Shown here piece by piece: positions 26,956 through 39,950 of a stretch of 64,000 nucleotides of DNA. The stretch is from Octopus vulgaris. Taxonomy: Eukaryota. A model generated the notes under the pieces. That model was given only the letters and a program-made list of their open reading frames with translations, had not been told where the DNA came from and did not search any database. The stretch covers positions 57,102,001 through 57,166,000 of the forward strand of contig OX597829.1 in the NCBI GenBank assembly GCA_951406725.2, given 5' to 3'. Position 1 is the stretch's first letter; each line of letters starts with the position of its first letter. The position numbers and the translations under genes are program-made.

Positions 26956-27165
26956 ATGCTTCATTAAAAAACAGCAAAAATATCACAAAAACCGTTACTC
27001 AGAGTTTTACTCTCCCGTTCATCGGACGGGAACGTAAAACTCTGAGTAACGGTTTTTGTGGTATTTTTGCTGCTTTTTAATGAAGCATATTACTCTACCT
27101 CTGGTATTTGAGTACTATTTTTCCCACCTTGTTTCACATTTATGCGTATACCCCGGTGTATACTT
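26956..27165 (+). mobile_element. Penelope-like foldback element with degenerate hammerhead
   Basis: Inverted arms 26956-27018 / 27026-27088 after (TA)n, then a unique tail. Minus strand reads CCGT-CCGATGA-ACGGGAGAGT-AAAA-CTC-T-GAG-TA-ACGG. Confidence 0.65.
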
Positions 27166-27659
27166 ATATACAGAGATATCATAGATACACATACTCATAC
27201 GTACATAACTTGACGTCCACACACCTGATCATCCAACCATCCACAGATAGAAATACACAAACACGCACAAACACACAAACATATGTACATGTTCACACAC
27301 ACACACACACATATACATATGGACCATATACACACACGCCAGTCTATTTTATTACAGTTCTAAGTGCATTTGTCTCTCCATACATTCGTTTCTTTGGTAA
27401 CTGGTGTCGATACAAAAAAGACCATCCTGTTTTATGCGGTGTTGCATATTTATTATAGCCAGCAGCAGCAGCAGCAGAAGAAGCAGCAGCAATCTACAGT
27501 CAACAACTGAACTTCCGTCCTGTGCACGCTTTCCATTTCTGGTGCCATTCATACAACCTCGGTTCCATTTCTTTTAGAAGCAACGGCTGCGACGTGTTGT
27601 CACAAAAAAAAACATGTCGTATAGGGGTGAGATTGCGTGTGTACATGTGTGACAGTGAG

Positions 27660-28030
<371 letters not shown>

Positions 28031-28204
28031 GCGAGTAGGGGAGAGAAAATTTGAAAGAGAGGAAAAGAAGGATCCAGTACTTTACTGGTAATTCATTTTA
28101 TCCTGTCACCACCACCACCAACTCTACCACCTCCACCACCACGATTGAAGTAAACAAGTTGCCCTCAGCAAGATTTGAACTTAGATTGGAAACGGCTCAA
28201 ACGA

Positions 28205-28420
28205 ACAATTGGTTTCAAATTTTGGTACAAGGCCGGCAATTTCAAGGAAAGAAAGTAAGTTGATTACATCAACCTCCAGTGTTCAACCTTTTTAACCGAC
28301 CCCCTAAAAGGATAAAAGGCAAAGTCGACCTCGGCGGAATTTGAACTCAGAACATAAAGACGGACGAAATGCAACTACGCATTTTGCCCGGTGCGCTAAC
28401 GATTCTGCCAAACTGGCCGC
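28205..28420 (-). mobile_element. Nin-type SINE (CCTTGTACCAAAATTTGAAACC tail)
   Basis: Plus strand AAAGTCGACCTCGGCGGAATTTGAACTCAGAAC...GCTAACGATTCTGCCA. Confidence 0.8.
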
Positions 28421-28884
28421 ATTAAACCAGAAACAAACTGGCAGCCTCACATGCACGCACACACACACATACATACTCATATACATAATGATATAATAAT
28501 AGCGGTGGTGGTGGTGGTGGTGGTGCTGGGTGGTGGTGCTGGTGGTGGTGGTGACGACGTCGTCTTCCGTATTACCTTCGGACGTTTGCGAAGACTCGCA
28601 ATAATTTTATTTCGCTTTCCTTTTATATATATATTTAAGGAAGTTGCTATAGCGTGGCAACCATGCATGAAATGGGTATCCAATGTAATCCGAAGATGTA
28701 ATCCACTGATGATAATCCAATGGCAATTCCAGGTGGCATTCCGATGGTGTAACAATTAGACGTATCAGGGTGGAAAAGGTGGCGGGTGTGAGAAGCGCGT
28801 GATGACATTTCTATTTCAAACTCTCCCAGCAAGGAAAAAAAAATTATGAAATATTTATTGTTGCTCTTGTGTTATTTTCATCAC

Positions 28885-28927
<43 letters not shown>

Positions 28928-28989
28928 GTCTGTCTGTCTGTCTGTCTGCTTCTTTATTTACATACGCGCGTGCGCACCCACACCCACTT

Positions 28990-29493
28990 CGAAATACTGT
29001 TGAAAGCCGTGTACAACAACTGAAAGGATAAATTACAAATACGGAAGAATTTATTCCATCATACAACTGCATTCCCAGAATCTTTAGGATTTCGGGCACG
29101 TAGGAAAAAGTTGCTATCCTTCATCTGGAAAACGCCAAGGTTCACAGAAAAAGAAACGAATCAAGCCTCGCAGCGGAAGACAGACGAGGCATCAGAAATG
29201 TTTTCGGACTGAAAACGGAGAAGAGGAAGACAAAGATCTAATACAAAAAAAAAAAAACAAACCCCAGAACAAAGAAATACGGAGGAGGGTGAAGCAAGGG
29301 TGCTTTTCGACTTAAGACAATGGAAATACTGGCGTAGATCGAAATTGAATATACGACGGTTGTACGAATGCACTGAGGAAGATATGAGACATGTTTTGTC
29401 AATGTGAGACAAAAGGCTGACAGAAAGGAATGTTGGATGTCAGCAGAAACAGGTGGCAAGAAAGGAAGAGAGGGGATGACAGATAGTGTGAGA

Positions 29494-29544
<51 letters not shown>

Positions 29545-29830
29545 GGGTAAAATAGGTCTCCGTGCCAAGTCCAAAGACACCTTTGCTTATATTCGGTTCT
29601 TATCTTTTCTTTAGAATCATTTCTTTTCACCATTTTCTCCAATGTTTCTTCATTTCGTTTTGTGTGAACCTTGGCGTTTTTTTCCTTTCATATGAAGGAT
29701 ACCAACATTTTCCCAAGTGTTGAAATCCTAAAAATTCCAGAATAAATGTTGACTATGGAAATGGATTTAGCTGTACATGTATTTTGTCCTTTCCGTTAGT
29801 TGTTGCACTCGTCTTTGACCATTATATTGA
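28990..29830. repeat. Diverged long inverted repeat (arms ~28990-29160 and ~29653-29830)
   Basis: TTTAGGATTTCG...ATCCTTCATCTG...AACGCCAAGGTTCACA versus TGTGAACCTTGGCGTT...ATGAAGGAT...TGAAATCCTAAA. Confidence 0.75.
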
Positions 29831-29921
29831 ACTTTCCATTCTATCGTACAGTTTGTCATAACTAATTTATATACATATACACGTGCAAACATACATGCGC
29901 ATATACATACATACAAATATG

Positions 29922-30015
<94 letters not shown>

Positions 30016-30017
<2 letters not shown>

Positions 30018-30243
30018 GCGCCCTTTTAAAGCCTAACCAGGCTCATGGACCCGGTTTCCCGGTTTCAATGGCGTATGTTTCCCCCAGCTGGACGGGACAC
30101 CAGTCCATCGCAGCGTTACTCATTTTTTCCAGCTGAATGGACTGGAGTAACGTGAAATAAGGTGTTTTGCTCAAGAACACAACGCATCGCCCGGTCCAGG
30201 GGCGATCATGATGCTGACACCCTAACCACTAAGCCACGCGCCT

Positions 30244-30246
<3 letters not shown>
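30016..30246 (-). mobile_element. tRNA-headed CORE-type SINE ending at (TAA)n
   Basis: Minus strand TGGAGGCGCGTGGCTTAGTGGTTAGGGTG...GTGTTCTTGAGCAAAACACCTTATTTCACG...GCGATGGACTGGTGTCCCGTCCAG. Confidence 0.8.
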
Positions 30247-30273
<27 letters not shown>

Positions 30274-30278
<5 letters not shown>

Positions 30279-30303
30279 CAATGTACCCCGGTATTGCTCG
30301 GGT
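30274..30303 (-). mobile_element. Helitron-like 3' terminus
   Basis: Minus strand CCCGAGCAATACCGGGG (hairpin), then TACATTG, then CTAG|T. Same end type at 59560. Confidence 0.5.
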
Positions 30304-30914
30304 GTTATGACCTACAGCCACATTGTATTATTTATTCCTTTTTTATCGGCAAAATCGACACACGAGGAGTATGAAGCAAACAACTATTCTTAATAAACAT
30401 GCTTTTCGGTCATTTTCTGATGAACAACGCTGCAATTTCCGTGTCTCAAATTTCGTCACAAGTCTGTGGTTGGCCTAGGGCTATAGTAGAAAACACTTGC
30501 CCAAAGTACCGTGCAGAAGGATTGAACATGGAACCATGTGGTTGGGAAGCAAACTTCTCAACTACACAGTCATTCTTGTATCTAGTATGTGTGTGTGTGT
30601 GTGTTTCCATTTGTTGTTAAATCGAGTATTGTGTCCCACTATGTCTCAAAGTTAGCAGTTCATCAAGGAGAGATCTATAAAATAAATGCTTGATTGAAAT
30701 ACGTACAGATGTCAGTATGATCAATTAAATTTCTAAAGGTGACACCCCATCATGGCGACAGTCGAAAGACTAAACCCAGTAAAATTATGTTTAAATACCT
30801 AATGGCTTCAAATTCATGGTAATGGATTACTAACCACAAGATAATGAGTTCAAAACTTGCAGATTTCTTTAACAATTATTGTCCCAAATATTCTGAGAAA
30901 AAGTAATTTTTTCA

Positions 30915-30980
<66 letters not shown>

Positions 30981-31021
30981 ACACACACACACACACACGC
31001 ACGCACACACACACACGCACG

Positions 31022-31063
<42 letters not shown>

Positions 31064-31959
31064 CACAGGTGTTTCTATGGTAACTTGAACTACTACAAAG
31101 CAGCTAAATCCCTCTTAGAACACACCCTTTCACCAAATGAAAGACACAGATATACAGTATTTCAGGAAGAAAAAAACAACAACAAAATCTATGCAATGGG
31201 TCTGCTACTTCACAGCCAGCTAACTCTAGGCTAAACAAAACACAGACAAACATACGTCACATTAAAAGATTATCTACTAAATAATACTAATAAAGTTAAC
31301 GGTATATCTTCGAAGTCTCATTCCCTGGTAAAACTTCATGTATTTTAAACATTTTCTCATTATGCTCTACGTAAGACATATTGTTCAGACAGAGTTACCT
31401 CCCTTAGCTAAAGACCTTAAAATTGTGCGACCCGACCACGTGTCCAAGGTTATTTTTGTAGTAAAAAAAAGTTGAGTTGTTATTTGGTAGCCGAAAGATT
31501 ACTGAATATTTTGATATCTAAAACGTCAAAATCGGCAACTCATGTATATCTATACATGTGTGCGTGTGTGTGGATATGTGTGTATGTATGGGTACGTACA
31601 AACACATATATGTTTGTGTGTGTATGTGCATGTACATATACATGTTTGTGTGAGTGCGTACGTATGTAGACGTTGTGAACGCAGGAGGTTTTATGTCTAT
31701 GTATTGTGAGAATATGGTTGCGTGTATTTTTATCTTTTATCTTTTTTTCTATTCTTTTACTTATTAGAGTAACTTCCCTTTTATTCAACGGTTTTTCATA
31801 GCGTCTATTGCCATTAATGGCCGACGAGAATTCATTGTAGCTCTTCGTTCCGACATTCGAAACTCCGAATACTATTATGATAACCTTTTACTGTTTATTC
31901 TGAATTACACACACACACACACACATGTATGTATACATGTAAACAGAAAGAAAGCAAAG

Positions 31960-32990
31960 ACTGAAGATTTTCAGACAATAAATATTTAAGTATGAATATA
32001 TAAATATTTATATATTAATAGATCAAACACACAGAATATAAAACGACAGAAAACATTAAAGGGAAGGAATTAAGGTGTTATAAGCCCAGCAGCTGTTTCT
32101 AGGGGCTCAGAGATCCATAATAACGTTAACAGGTGTAGTTCACCAAAATATGCAGCCAGTAATGGAAGCAAATAAACATTGGAAAAACCGAGCCTCCGTC
32201 ATCAGGGTAGATACAAGATCTTACACTTCAGATCATGATGCAGAGATGGAATGATTAGACGCGGGGCACAGGCAGTATTGGGAGGGAGGAAGTAGGGGGC
32301 TCGGTGGGTGTGTGAGGAGTGCAGGGAAGATTGAAAGGAGATAAGAGAGTCAGTTGAGGAAGATAGAGGGGTGGTTAACAATCAGGGTATTTGGGAGGTA
32401 GTAATTGAAGGGTGGTCATGTGTTGTTGGGTTTGTGAATAGATGTAAAAATTTAGGGATAGGCTATAGAACTATGGGACGTTGAGACAGTGAGAAAGGGG
32501 TGGGGGAAATTATCAGAGAGGTGAGGTAAAGGGCCTAATTCATAAATACTAGTATGGTTGCCAAGGGAGGATTTCGAAGAAAGAAGATTGGCAGCGAAGG
32601 AAGATTACTAGGTTATGTAGACGGTATATGGAAAGATAAGGGGAAGTGGACAGAGTGAGGGGTAAGTTGGTAGTCAAGGCAACAGAAGTTAGTGCAAGAT
32701 GGTTTAGATTGGAATGGGTGGGGAATCAAATAATGAGGGTGAGTTGGCGGCGGAGTGAGAGTAAGTAGGTATGTAGAAGTGTATGTGAGTAAATAGAGAG
32801 AAGTGGATAGAGAGGGCTGGAGGGGTGGATAGTTTGGTAGTTAAGTCAGTGGGGGTGGTTGCAAGTGGTTTTGGTTGAAGAGGAGACAGGAGAAAAAATG
32901 GGGAAAGAATATAACGTGTGATGATGGGGTGGCTGCAATAGGGGTGAGTGGGATGTGCTGGATTAGAGGAATGCGCATAGGTAATCATAA
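31960..32990 (-). mobile_element. Probable Penelope-like remnant with degenerate long-stem-II hammerhead (32084-32208)
   Basis: Minus strand ACC-CTGATGA-CGGAGGCTC...GAGCCCCT-A-GAAA-CAGCTG, downstream of a long pyrimidine-rich tract. Confidence 0.45.
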
Positions 32991-33024
32991 CAAGGAATAA
33001 CTTAGTACAAAGGGTAGTGTTAGT

Positions 33025-33467
33025 GTTGTGCCAATTTCGGGCATTCGCAACGATGTGCCATACCGTTTCATCCTCTCACAACACATTCTGCATTTATCGC
33101 TGTCGGTAGTGTTGACTATTCTGCACTTCCTATAATTGGTGCTTAACGGCTGTTCCTGAGCTGCGCATATGAGTGCTTCTGTCTCTATCTTCAGGTCACT
33201 CCTCCTCATCTATAGCCACTGGTCCTCTCTATCTGCCTTGGCGTCCACATCTCTTGCAAACTGACCGTACATTTTTTTCCTTCCGTGCTTTTTCTTTTTT
33301 CTTTTGTGTGTGTGTGTTCATTTTTTGTTTCAGTTTTCCTTTCCTTACACAATTTTCAGTTTTGATGACGGCTGTCTTCTTCGCATGTTTTAACAATGGT
33401 TCCACGGCATTTTTCATATACCACCCTAGGCTGTTTTCCTCTGCTTCGATACAGTCCTGGCGACTGA
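33025..33467 (-). pseudogene. R4/Dong-like (RLE-type) non-LTR element C-terminal fragment
   Basis: DLKIETEALICAAQEQPLSTNY...DKCRMC...ETVWHIV (pre-RLE CCHC region); abuts (TAA)n. Confidence 0.8.
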
Positions 33468-33481
33468 TCATCATCATCATC

Positions 33482-33551
<70 letters not shown>

Positions 33552-33557
33552 TTATCA

Positions 33558-33633
<76 letters not shown>
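33482..33633. repeat. (AAT)n directly followed by (ATT)n (self-complementary microsatellite)
   Basis: Direct inspection. Confidence 0.9.
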
Positions 33634-33634
<1 letters not shown>

Positions 33635-33635
33635 T

Positions 33636-33785
33636 AAGGCAGCGAGCTGGCAGAATCGTTAGCACGCCGGGCAAAATGCTTAGCAGTATTTCGCCCGCCT
33701 TTATGTTCTGAGTTCAAATTTTGCCGAGGTTGACTTTGCCTTTCATCCCTTCGGGATCCAATAAAATAAGTAATAGCTGAGCACT
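33636..33785 (+). mobile_element. Nin-type SINE (3'-truncated)
   Basis: AAGGCAGCGAGCTGGCAGAATCGTTAGCACGCCGG...GCCGAGGTTGACTTTGCCTTTCATCC. Confidence 0.8.
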
Positions 33786-33859
33786 GGACTTACCCCACCT
33801 CATATTTCCACGGTTGGTATTGGTATTTCATAACGCTCCGGCCCCCACCCTCACCCCAG

Positions 33860-34672
33860 CCAAGAGTCGTAGCATGTTGAGGTAGACACTGAAGTCCACC
33901 CGGCGTTACAGATTGCCATGCGACCGAAACAGTTGGGCAAAGTGCTGCTGAAATGCCGCTCACATCTACTCAGGCTCGAGTACCGTGCTCCCGTTTTGGT
34001 CTACCAAAGACCAAATTGTGCCTTTGTTACTACGTTGTGCCTCTGCCACTCGGGCCAGTCGAGCGTCTTTCGTTCCTGTTTATCTTAGAGCACGCACCTT
34101 AGCTCTGACGATTCAACCTTCGTGTTTAGCGTGCGGTCAGCACGTCGGTTGTAATACCTTTTCTAAGCGTCTCTTCTAAATTTCGAACTAAATTACCTTT
34201 TATTTTATTCTTTTCTATCAGTAATGTTTTACCTGATTCTATTCTAATTGATTCTACTCTAATTGCCCACTTACGCTAAAAGTCGAGTCTTTCCTCGGAA
34301 AACCTCCAGAAGTCTGAAGAAATTCGGTTGTTCTGCTCTTATCGGAGTACAGTCACTAGTCTGAAGGCATTCCGTCACTAATGTTCACATTTAGGACCAC
34401 CAATTCACCTTCTGAGTCCAGGAAGATAGTCCATATCTTGAGATCCAGACTTCTCTGGAACAACACCGCAGTTCCACCCCCATTTCCAGTTGACATGGAG
34501 ATAAATAGATCTTGTATCCACCGAAAATGGGCATGAGAGCTTGTCGGTCGGAGAGTCTGGTTTCACTGATAGCCACAATATCTACACTTAGCGACCTGAG
34601 GTCGTTGATTAGATGGCCTTGTTTCCAAGACCACCCCTGGCTACGTGAATTTATGCTGCCTATGGTAAGCAA
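33860..34672 (-). pseudogene. L1/Tx1-clade ORF2 remnant (APE endonuclease and linker)
   Basis: LTIGSINSRS...KQGHLINDLRSLSVDIVAISETRL (APE N-terminus); later IRSLVDQNG...AAFQQHFAQLFG after frameshifts. Confidence 0.8.
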
Positions 34673-34929
34673 GGAATGGAAGCGGAAAGGGTTACCTACA
34701 GTGATTTTGTTGGCGGGGTGTGTGGGGGGATGTTCTATATGTGGATGCTTTCATGAGCACTTCTTTATACAGTATTTTGTTGGTATCTCTCCTGAAAGCC
34801 CCAACTCTTTCAGGATATTTAGTTTTTATGGCGCTGTATGCTATTTGTGATGTTAGGATGACTTTTATTTGTTTTGGTATGTTGTTTGTTTTGTGTGATC
34901 TGTTAGGTCCTGCCGATAACTAAATCGCT

Positions 34930-35052
34930 TCGATTTATTGTCGTTAGGGTTTTGTCTGTCTCCTACCCTTCAACCTGTCTGAAGATTTCTCTCCCTCCAT
35001 CATAGCTCTCCGGGTCAATGGAGCACACAGGCAATTCACCGCGACAAGGTAC
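34930..35052 (-). mobile_element. RTE-type 5' leader fragment
   Basis: Minus strand ACCTTGTCGCGGTG...CCATTGACCCGGAGAGCTATG...CAGACAGG...CAGACAAAACCC resembles RTE 5' UTRs as I recall them. Confidence 0.5.
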
Positions 35053-35060
35053 CTGTTGAA

Positions 35061-35660
35061 TTGGCCGTTGACTACACAGTAGTGAGAGACGGTAAGTCAC
35101 TGAAGGTAGTTGAAAATTTCAAATACCTTGGTGCATGGATACAAAGTACTGAAAAAGACATTGTAGCAAGGAAAGCTCTTGCCTGGAGCGCATTCCATAG
35201 ATTGAGAAAGGTATGGAGTTCAAAGTTAGCCAGGAAATTGAAAGTGAGGTTGTTTCTGGCAACAGTGGAGTCTGTTCTTCTATACAGGGTTGAAACATGG
35301 ATGCTCACTAAAGCATTGAAGAAGCAGTTGGATGGTTATTATACAAGGATGCTTAGAATGGCAGTCAATGTCTCCCGGAAGAGTCTTACAACAAACACCG
35401 ACTTATACCAGGGACTACGAAAAGTAACACTGAAGATACAGCATAGAAGGATGAGGTCAGATGGACACCGCATCGGACACACCAAGGAAATTGCTAACAA
35501 TCTCGTGTTCTGGAAACCAACGAAGAACAAGGAGAGGAAAGAGGAAGCTGACCTATATCGACAACTTACTGGAGAATACTGGTATGGAAGGGGTACACGA
35601 GCTGAGGACCATTACGGAAGATCGAGATGAACGGGGAAAACATGTGGGACGACCTAGATG
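35061..35660 (+). pseudogene. RTE-clade RT C-terminal fragment
   Basis: LKVVENFKYLGAWIQSTEKDIVARKALAWSAF...LKVRLFLATVESVLLY.VETW.LTK...LDGYYTRMLRMA. Confidence 0.9.
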
Positions 35661-36095
35661 AGATTGTTGGTGTGATTTGTTAGGTGTGTAGGGTGTCTGT
35701 ATGGTTAAGCGTTCCATCAGTCCTTTACTGTTCGTGTTTATTGTTGTGTTGTTGACGATGTTTGAATTTTGCTGGTGTTAGGATGTGCGATCCGAGGGTT
35801 GTGTGTGTGTGAACTTGGTTGTACTCGTGATGGTTGTGTCTGTGATAGTAGTGGTGGTGGTGGTGGGGGTGGGGGTGATATGGTTGACAATACTGGTGTG
35901 ACTGCTGTTGGGGGTGGTATTTGTTTCTAAAGGCGTCACCCCCACCTCCGTTCATGCCAGCCAGTTTTTTTTTTGTGTTGATGTCGGTGTGTTTTTGTTT
36001 TTTCCCCTTTATTATGCCTGTCGACTTTTTGCCATTTAGGCTCTTTGTCGTCCCCCTCACCACAGTTAGTGATCCTTAAGCAGTTAGTGACTACC

Positions 36096-36208
36096 AAGAA
36101 GAAGAAGAAGAAGAAGGAGGAGGAGGAGGAGGAGGAGGAAGAGGAGGAGGAGGAGGAGGAGGAGGAAGGTGAGGAGGAGGAGGAGGAGGAAGATGAGGAG
36201 GAGGAGGA

Positions 36209-36274
<66 letters not shown>

Positions 36275-36319
36275 GGAGGAGGAGGAGGAGGAAGATGAGG
36301 AGGAGGAGGAGGAGGAGGG
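36096..36319. repeat. (AAG)n(GAG)n microsatellite with periodic GAAGAT interruptions
   Basis: Direct inspection. Confidence 0.95.
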
Positions 36320-36604
36320 AGAGACGGGGAAAGTATTTGATGACCGTCAGAAGCTGGCCTCAGGAAGACTGGCCCAGTAATGTGCTAAATTCTGTGAGGG
36401 CATGAAGGTCTCCGACTGCCGACAGCTGTAGTTATGGCACACGAAAAGAGATGGAAGATTGCAATAAAATGTGAATTCTTTTAAGCTCCGAGATTATAAA
36501 AATGAAAGTTTTAAGCAGCTTTTCCATAATTCAAGAATACTTTAACAAATGAAATAAGGTTCTGGAAGGAAAAAAAAGAAGAAACTTTTTACATGTAGAT
36601 GTGT

Positions 36605-37290
36605 TCATGGCAGTATGGTTAAAAAAACTCACTTCCCAACCACCTAGTTCCGGGTGGTTCTTTGCGCAAGTGTCTTCTGCTTTAGTTTTGGGCTGACAAA
36701 TGCCTTGTGAGTAAATTTGGTACATAGAAGCTAAAATAAGTCCGTCATATGTATGTGTATCAGTGAGATAGCTAATTGGGGAGCAAGAGGGCCGACCGCT
36801 TCCCACCTGAGCACATTTTTCAAAATTGGCACCTTTTCAATATTTTTTAAAATTCTTTCGTTACATGTAATCATTAGTAGTTGTAAGTTTCATATCTAAT
36901 GACATTGTAAGTGAAACATGAAATTAATGAACATAGAATGCAATCACACAACTTGTAACAAAGGAAGCATTTCGCGTGGTATAAGAGGAATGAGCTAACC
37001 ATTATATGGAATGTTCCACCGTACCTTTTCTTTTGTGTGCACGCTTTCCCTAACTTCAGAACCTGGCTGCATCTCTGATTTGAATGTGTTTGTGTTCTTC
37101 CTCACCGCTTGACAATCGGTGTTGGTGTGTTTACATTCTCGTACACTAGCGGTTCGGCAATGGAGACCGATAAAACGAGTACCAGAATTTAAACGTAAGT
37201 CCTGGTGTCGATTCGTTTGATTGAAATCCCTTCAAGGTGGTGCCCCAGCATGGCCACAGTCCGGTGAGCGAAACAAGTAAAAGGTAAAGT
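36605..37290 (+). mobile_element. CORE-type SINE interrupted by a ~320-bp insertion (~36760-37078)
   Basis: 5' half at 36605-36760 and 3' half at 37085-37290 flank unrelated sequence. Confidence 0.6.
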
Positions 37291-37349
37291 GCTGGTCAGG
37301 GTTGTGTAAGAGGATAAGTTGCGGGTACAGGGAAATATCCAGTTGACCT

Positions 37350-37720
37350 TTTCTAGAGAGAAGAAATGGTTGGAATTAGGAGGCAGCAGCTGGGCTTCGA
37401 TGGAATCGACGATTCAGATGACATTGATTTATTGGAACCGCATTCAGAAGAAATAACTGACCACAAAACCTCTTAATTGAAAATCGATAGAACACACTGG
37501 AAACGGTGGACAATCAAATACGGAATGAAAACGAACGATATGCGAAGGAAATGACTGCGAAAGAATTTAATGGGAGGCTGCAAGAATTTGAAAAGGTCAA
37601 GTTACTAAACGATGTATAAATCGCGACGCTAATGCCGGACGAAGTTTCTCGAAATGTGGACAAAAATTCTTCACTCTTCGCAGAGTACAGAAAATACAAA
37701 TATAGTAAAAAGAAGGGAAA
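37350..37720 (+). pseudogene. pogo/Tigger-like transposase C-terminal remnant
   Basis: QLGFDGIDDSDDIDLLEPHSEEIT...EMTAKEF resembles the acidic C-terminus of Tigger transposases; contains stops and frameshifts. Confidence 0.55.
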
Positions 37721-38057
37721 AGAAATCTAAAAAAAAATAATAAAAATGTCGCTTAAACTAAACGTGATTAAGAATATAAAAAATTGTATTCATAAAATAA
37801 CTTAATCATTCCTTTTATGTGTAGAGTGGTAAAGTATAATGCTTCATTTCTGCTAAACTCTTGAATAATGAACACACATTCACTGTTTATTATTTTAGAT
37901 AAATAAATAACAACAAAGAAAGGAAAACATTATTATATTACTTCGAAATTTTTAAGAAAATTGCTCAAAAAATTTCAATTAAGCATCTTGAAACAAACAT
38001 ACGCCCGCGCGCGCTGACACGCACCACCCACACACCCATACACGCTCAAGCCTACAT

Positions 38058-38796
38058 ATAAACGTTTGTGTGCGTTTGCATATATATATATATATACTAG
38101 ACATAAGTTTCATAAACTACAAAATATAAGTATCCACACTACCACACTTGAAATGTATCCGTTATAACTCTTTATCTCGATTTGAATGAACGTGAACGTA
38201 TTTAGAAATGCCAAACTTATTTCTGAAAATAAATTTGAATGATGTTTCTCTGTCCGTTACGTTTTTATGTTCGTTAACTCCTCCTTGACCGTTGGTGCAA
38301 GGACAAGGAAATTCAAACCAGCAACTTCCCTAATCCTAGGGAATGTCCTGGGGTGGATTGGAGGGTCTATTTTTTTAAGGGCCGCCTAATTGGGGCCTCA
38401 CTGATACCCCTATTTTTACTGCATTTTAAATTAAATACATGACATTGGCGACCAAATTGGAGCAATGACAATGAATTTCATACCTTGAACCTCCAGGGAG
38501 TATCGTAAGGCAGTTCAATTTCTAAAGGGCCACTTAAAAGTGCCCCTCCCCTCTGACCCCTTATTGCTACTACATTTACCTCGTTCCTAAGCTTATTTAT
38601 TAAACTATGATCAGCATCAGTGCTTAGCACATTTTCAGAAATAAATTTGGGCATTCTAAATACCTTCACGTATATTCAAATCGAGATAAAGAGTTTATAA
38701 CAGGTACGTTTCAGGTGTGTCAGTGTGGATGTTTATATTTTGTAGCTTATGAAACTTATGCCGTGTGTATATATATAAACGCACACAAACATTTAT
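38058..38796. mobile_element. Foldback/MITE-like element with ~170-bp inverted arms (38058-38230, 38631-38796)
   Basis: CATAAGTTTCATAA...CTCTTTATCTCGATTTGAAT...TATTTCTGAAAAT versus ATTTTCAGAAATA...ATTCAAATCGAGATAAAGAG...TTATGAAACTTATG. Confidence 0.8.
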
Positions 38797-39499
38797 CTCG
38801 AGAATAACTTATATAAAACTCAAAGAAAAATGTGTGTATGTGTGTGCTTTTTCTTTGAGTTTTATTGAAGTTCTTATGAGAGTTCAAGCTGGTCGTTAAC
38901 AAAGTCACTAAGAGAGTTCCCAGTGTTTGTAAATATGTGCTCGAGTTGGTGGGTGAGTTGAACTATCGATGCATTCACTCAACTGCGTGCATCTATTCAC
39001 ATAATTTCCGATGGAAAATTTTTGAAATGTCTTACAAATCTTCACTGTGCCACGAACAGATTAGATTTAGAGAATCCGCATCAGTTTCTTTGGCTCTTTT
39101 TTTTTTTCATGAAACTGAATATTTCTAGATTTTTGTGCCAATTTCTTGGTACATAACTTAATGCCCCAATGACGATAGGTAAAAACGAGAATTCATAGTC
39201 AGGCTACAAGAGCTTAAGTTCAGCATTAATTCGTCATAAATTTTCTCTTTTTCTTGGACTTTTGATTGTACATTCACGTCTGCTGGGCAGCTGACCTCTA
39301 CAATAGAGCATGACTGTCCCACAGAACAATATTAAAATCTGTTATGTTTGCACCGAATTGATGATTTTATTTAGGTGTTCCACCAGTATTCCTTCGTTTC
39401 TAAAGGTATAAATACCTACTGGTTCTGACATGCCTTTTTGATATATACGTTAAGAGCAGTCCTTCCTGCGGACACCATTGTAAATAATCTTTACTTCTA

Positions 39500-39950
39500 T
39501 ATCAAGCCTCGTTTCGGAACAGCTGCTGATGTGTGTGATATCATTGACACTGGTATAGCAAAGCCGACATATTTTACCACTGCGTGGAGGTTAGTGGTGC
39601 TCTTGTCCCTCTGATTTAGCAGGTATTTAGTAGCTTTCAGCTGTTCATGGATAGCGACGGCATATCCCTCTGGGTGGGATGTATCTATCACAGGTCCAGA
39701 AGATGCTACTCTTCCTGTCAATGCTGTTGTTATCCTCTAACTGGCGGAATATGGCGCTCGTATGATGACTGCTTCTCCTTCTGTTAAGGTTGGTCGGTCA
39801 AACTTCCTTTGAGACAATTGTATTCTCAGAGCACCCGTACAGTAGTTCTTCTCCAAATCTGAAGATGTCCTTACTCTCACTTCCCAGTATGCATGGGATG
39901 CGCACATTCCTTTCTTTACTGTCCAGCAGGTTTTGTCTGAGTGATACAAT
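39500..39950 (-). pseudogene. Second R4/Dong-like C-terminal fragment
   Basis: Across frames: FWTCDRYI / HPEGYAVAIHEQLKATKYLLNQRDK / KICRLCYTSVNDITHISSC. Confidence 0.65.

Noticed and set aside
36045-36405. Poly-Glu / poly-Arg protein ORFs
   Set aside because: Translations of a (GAG)n microsatellite.
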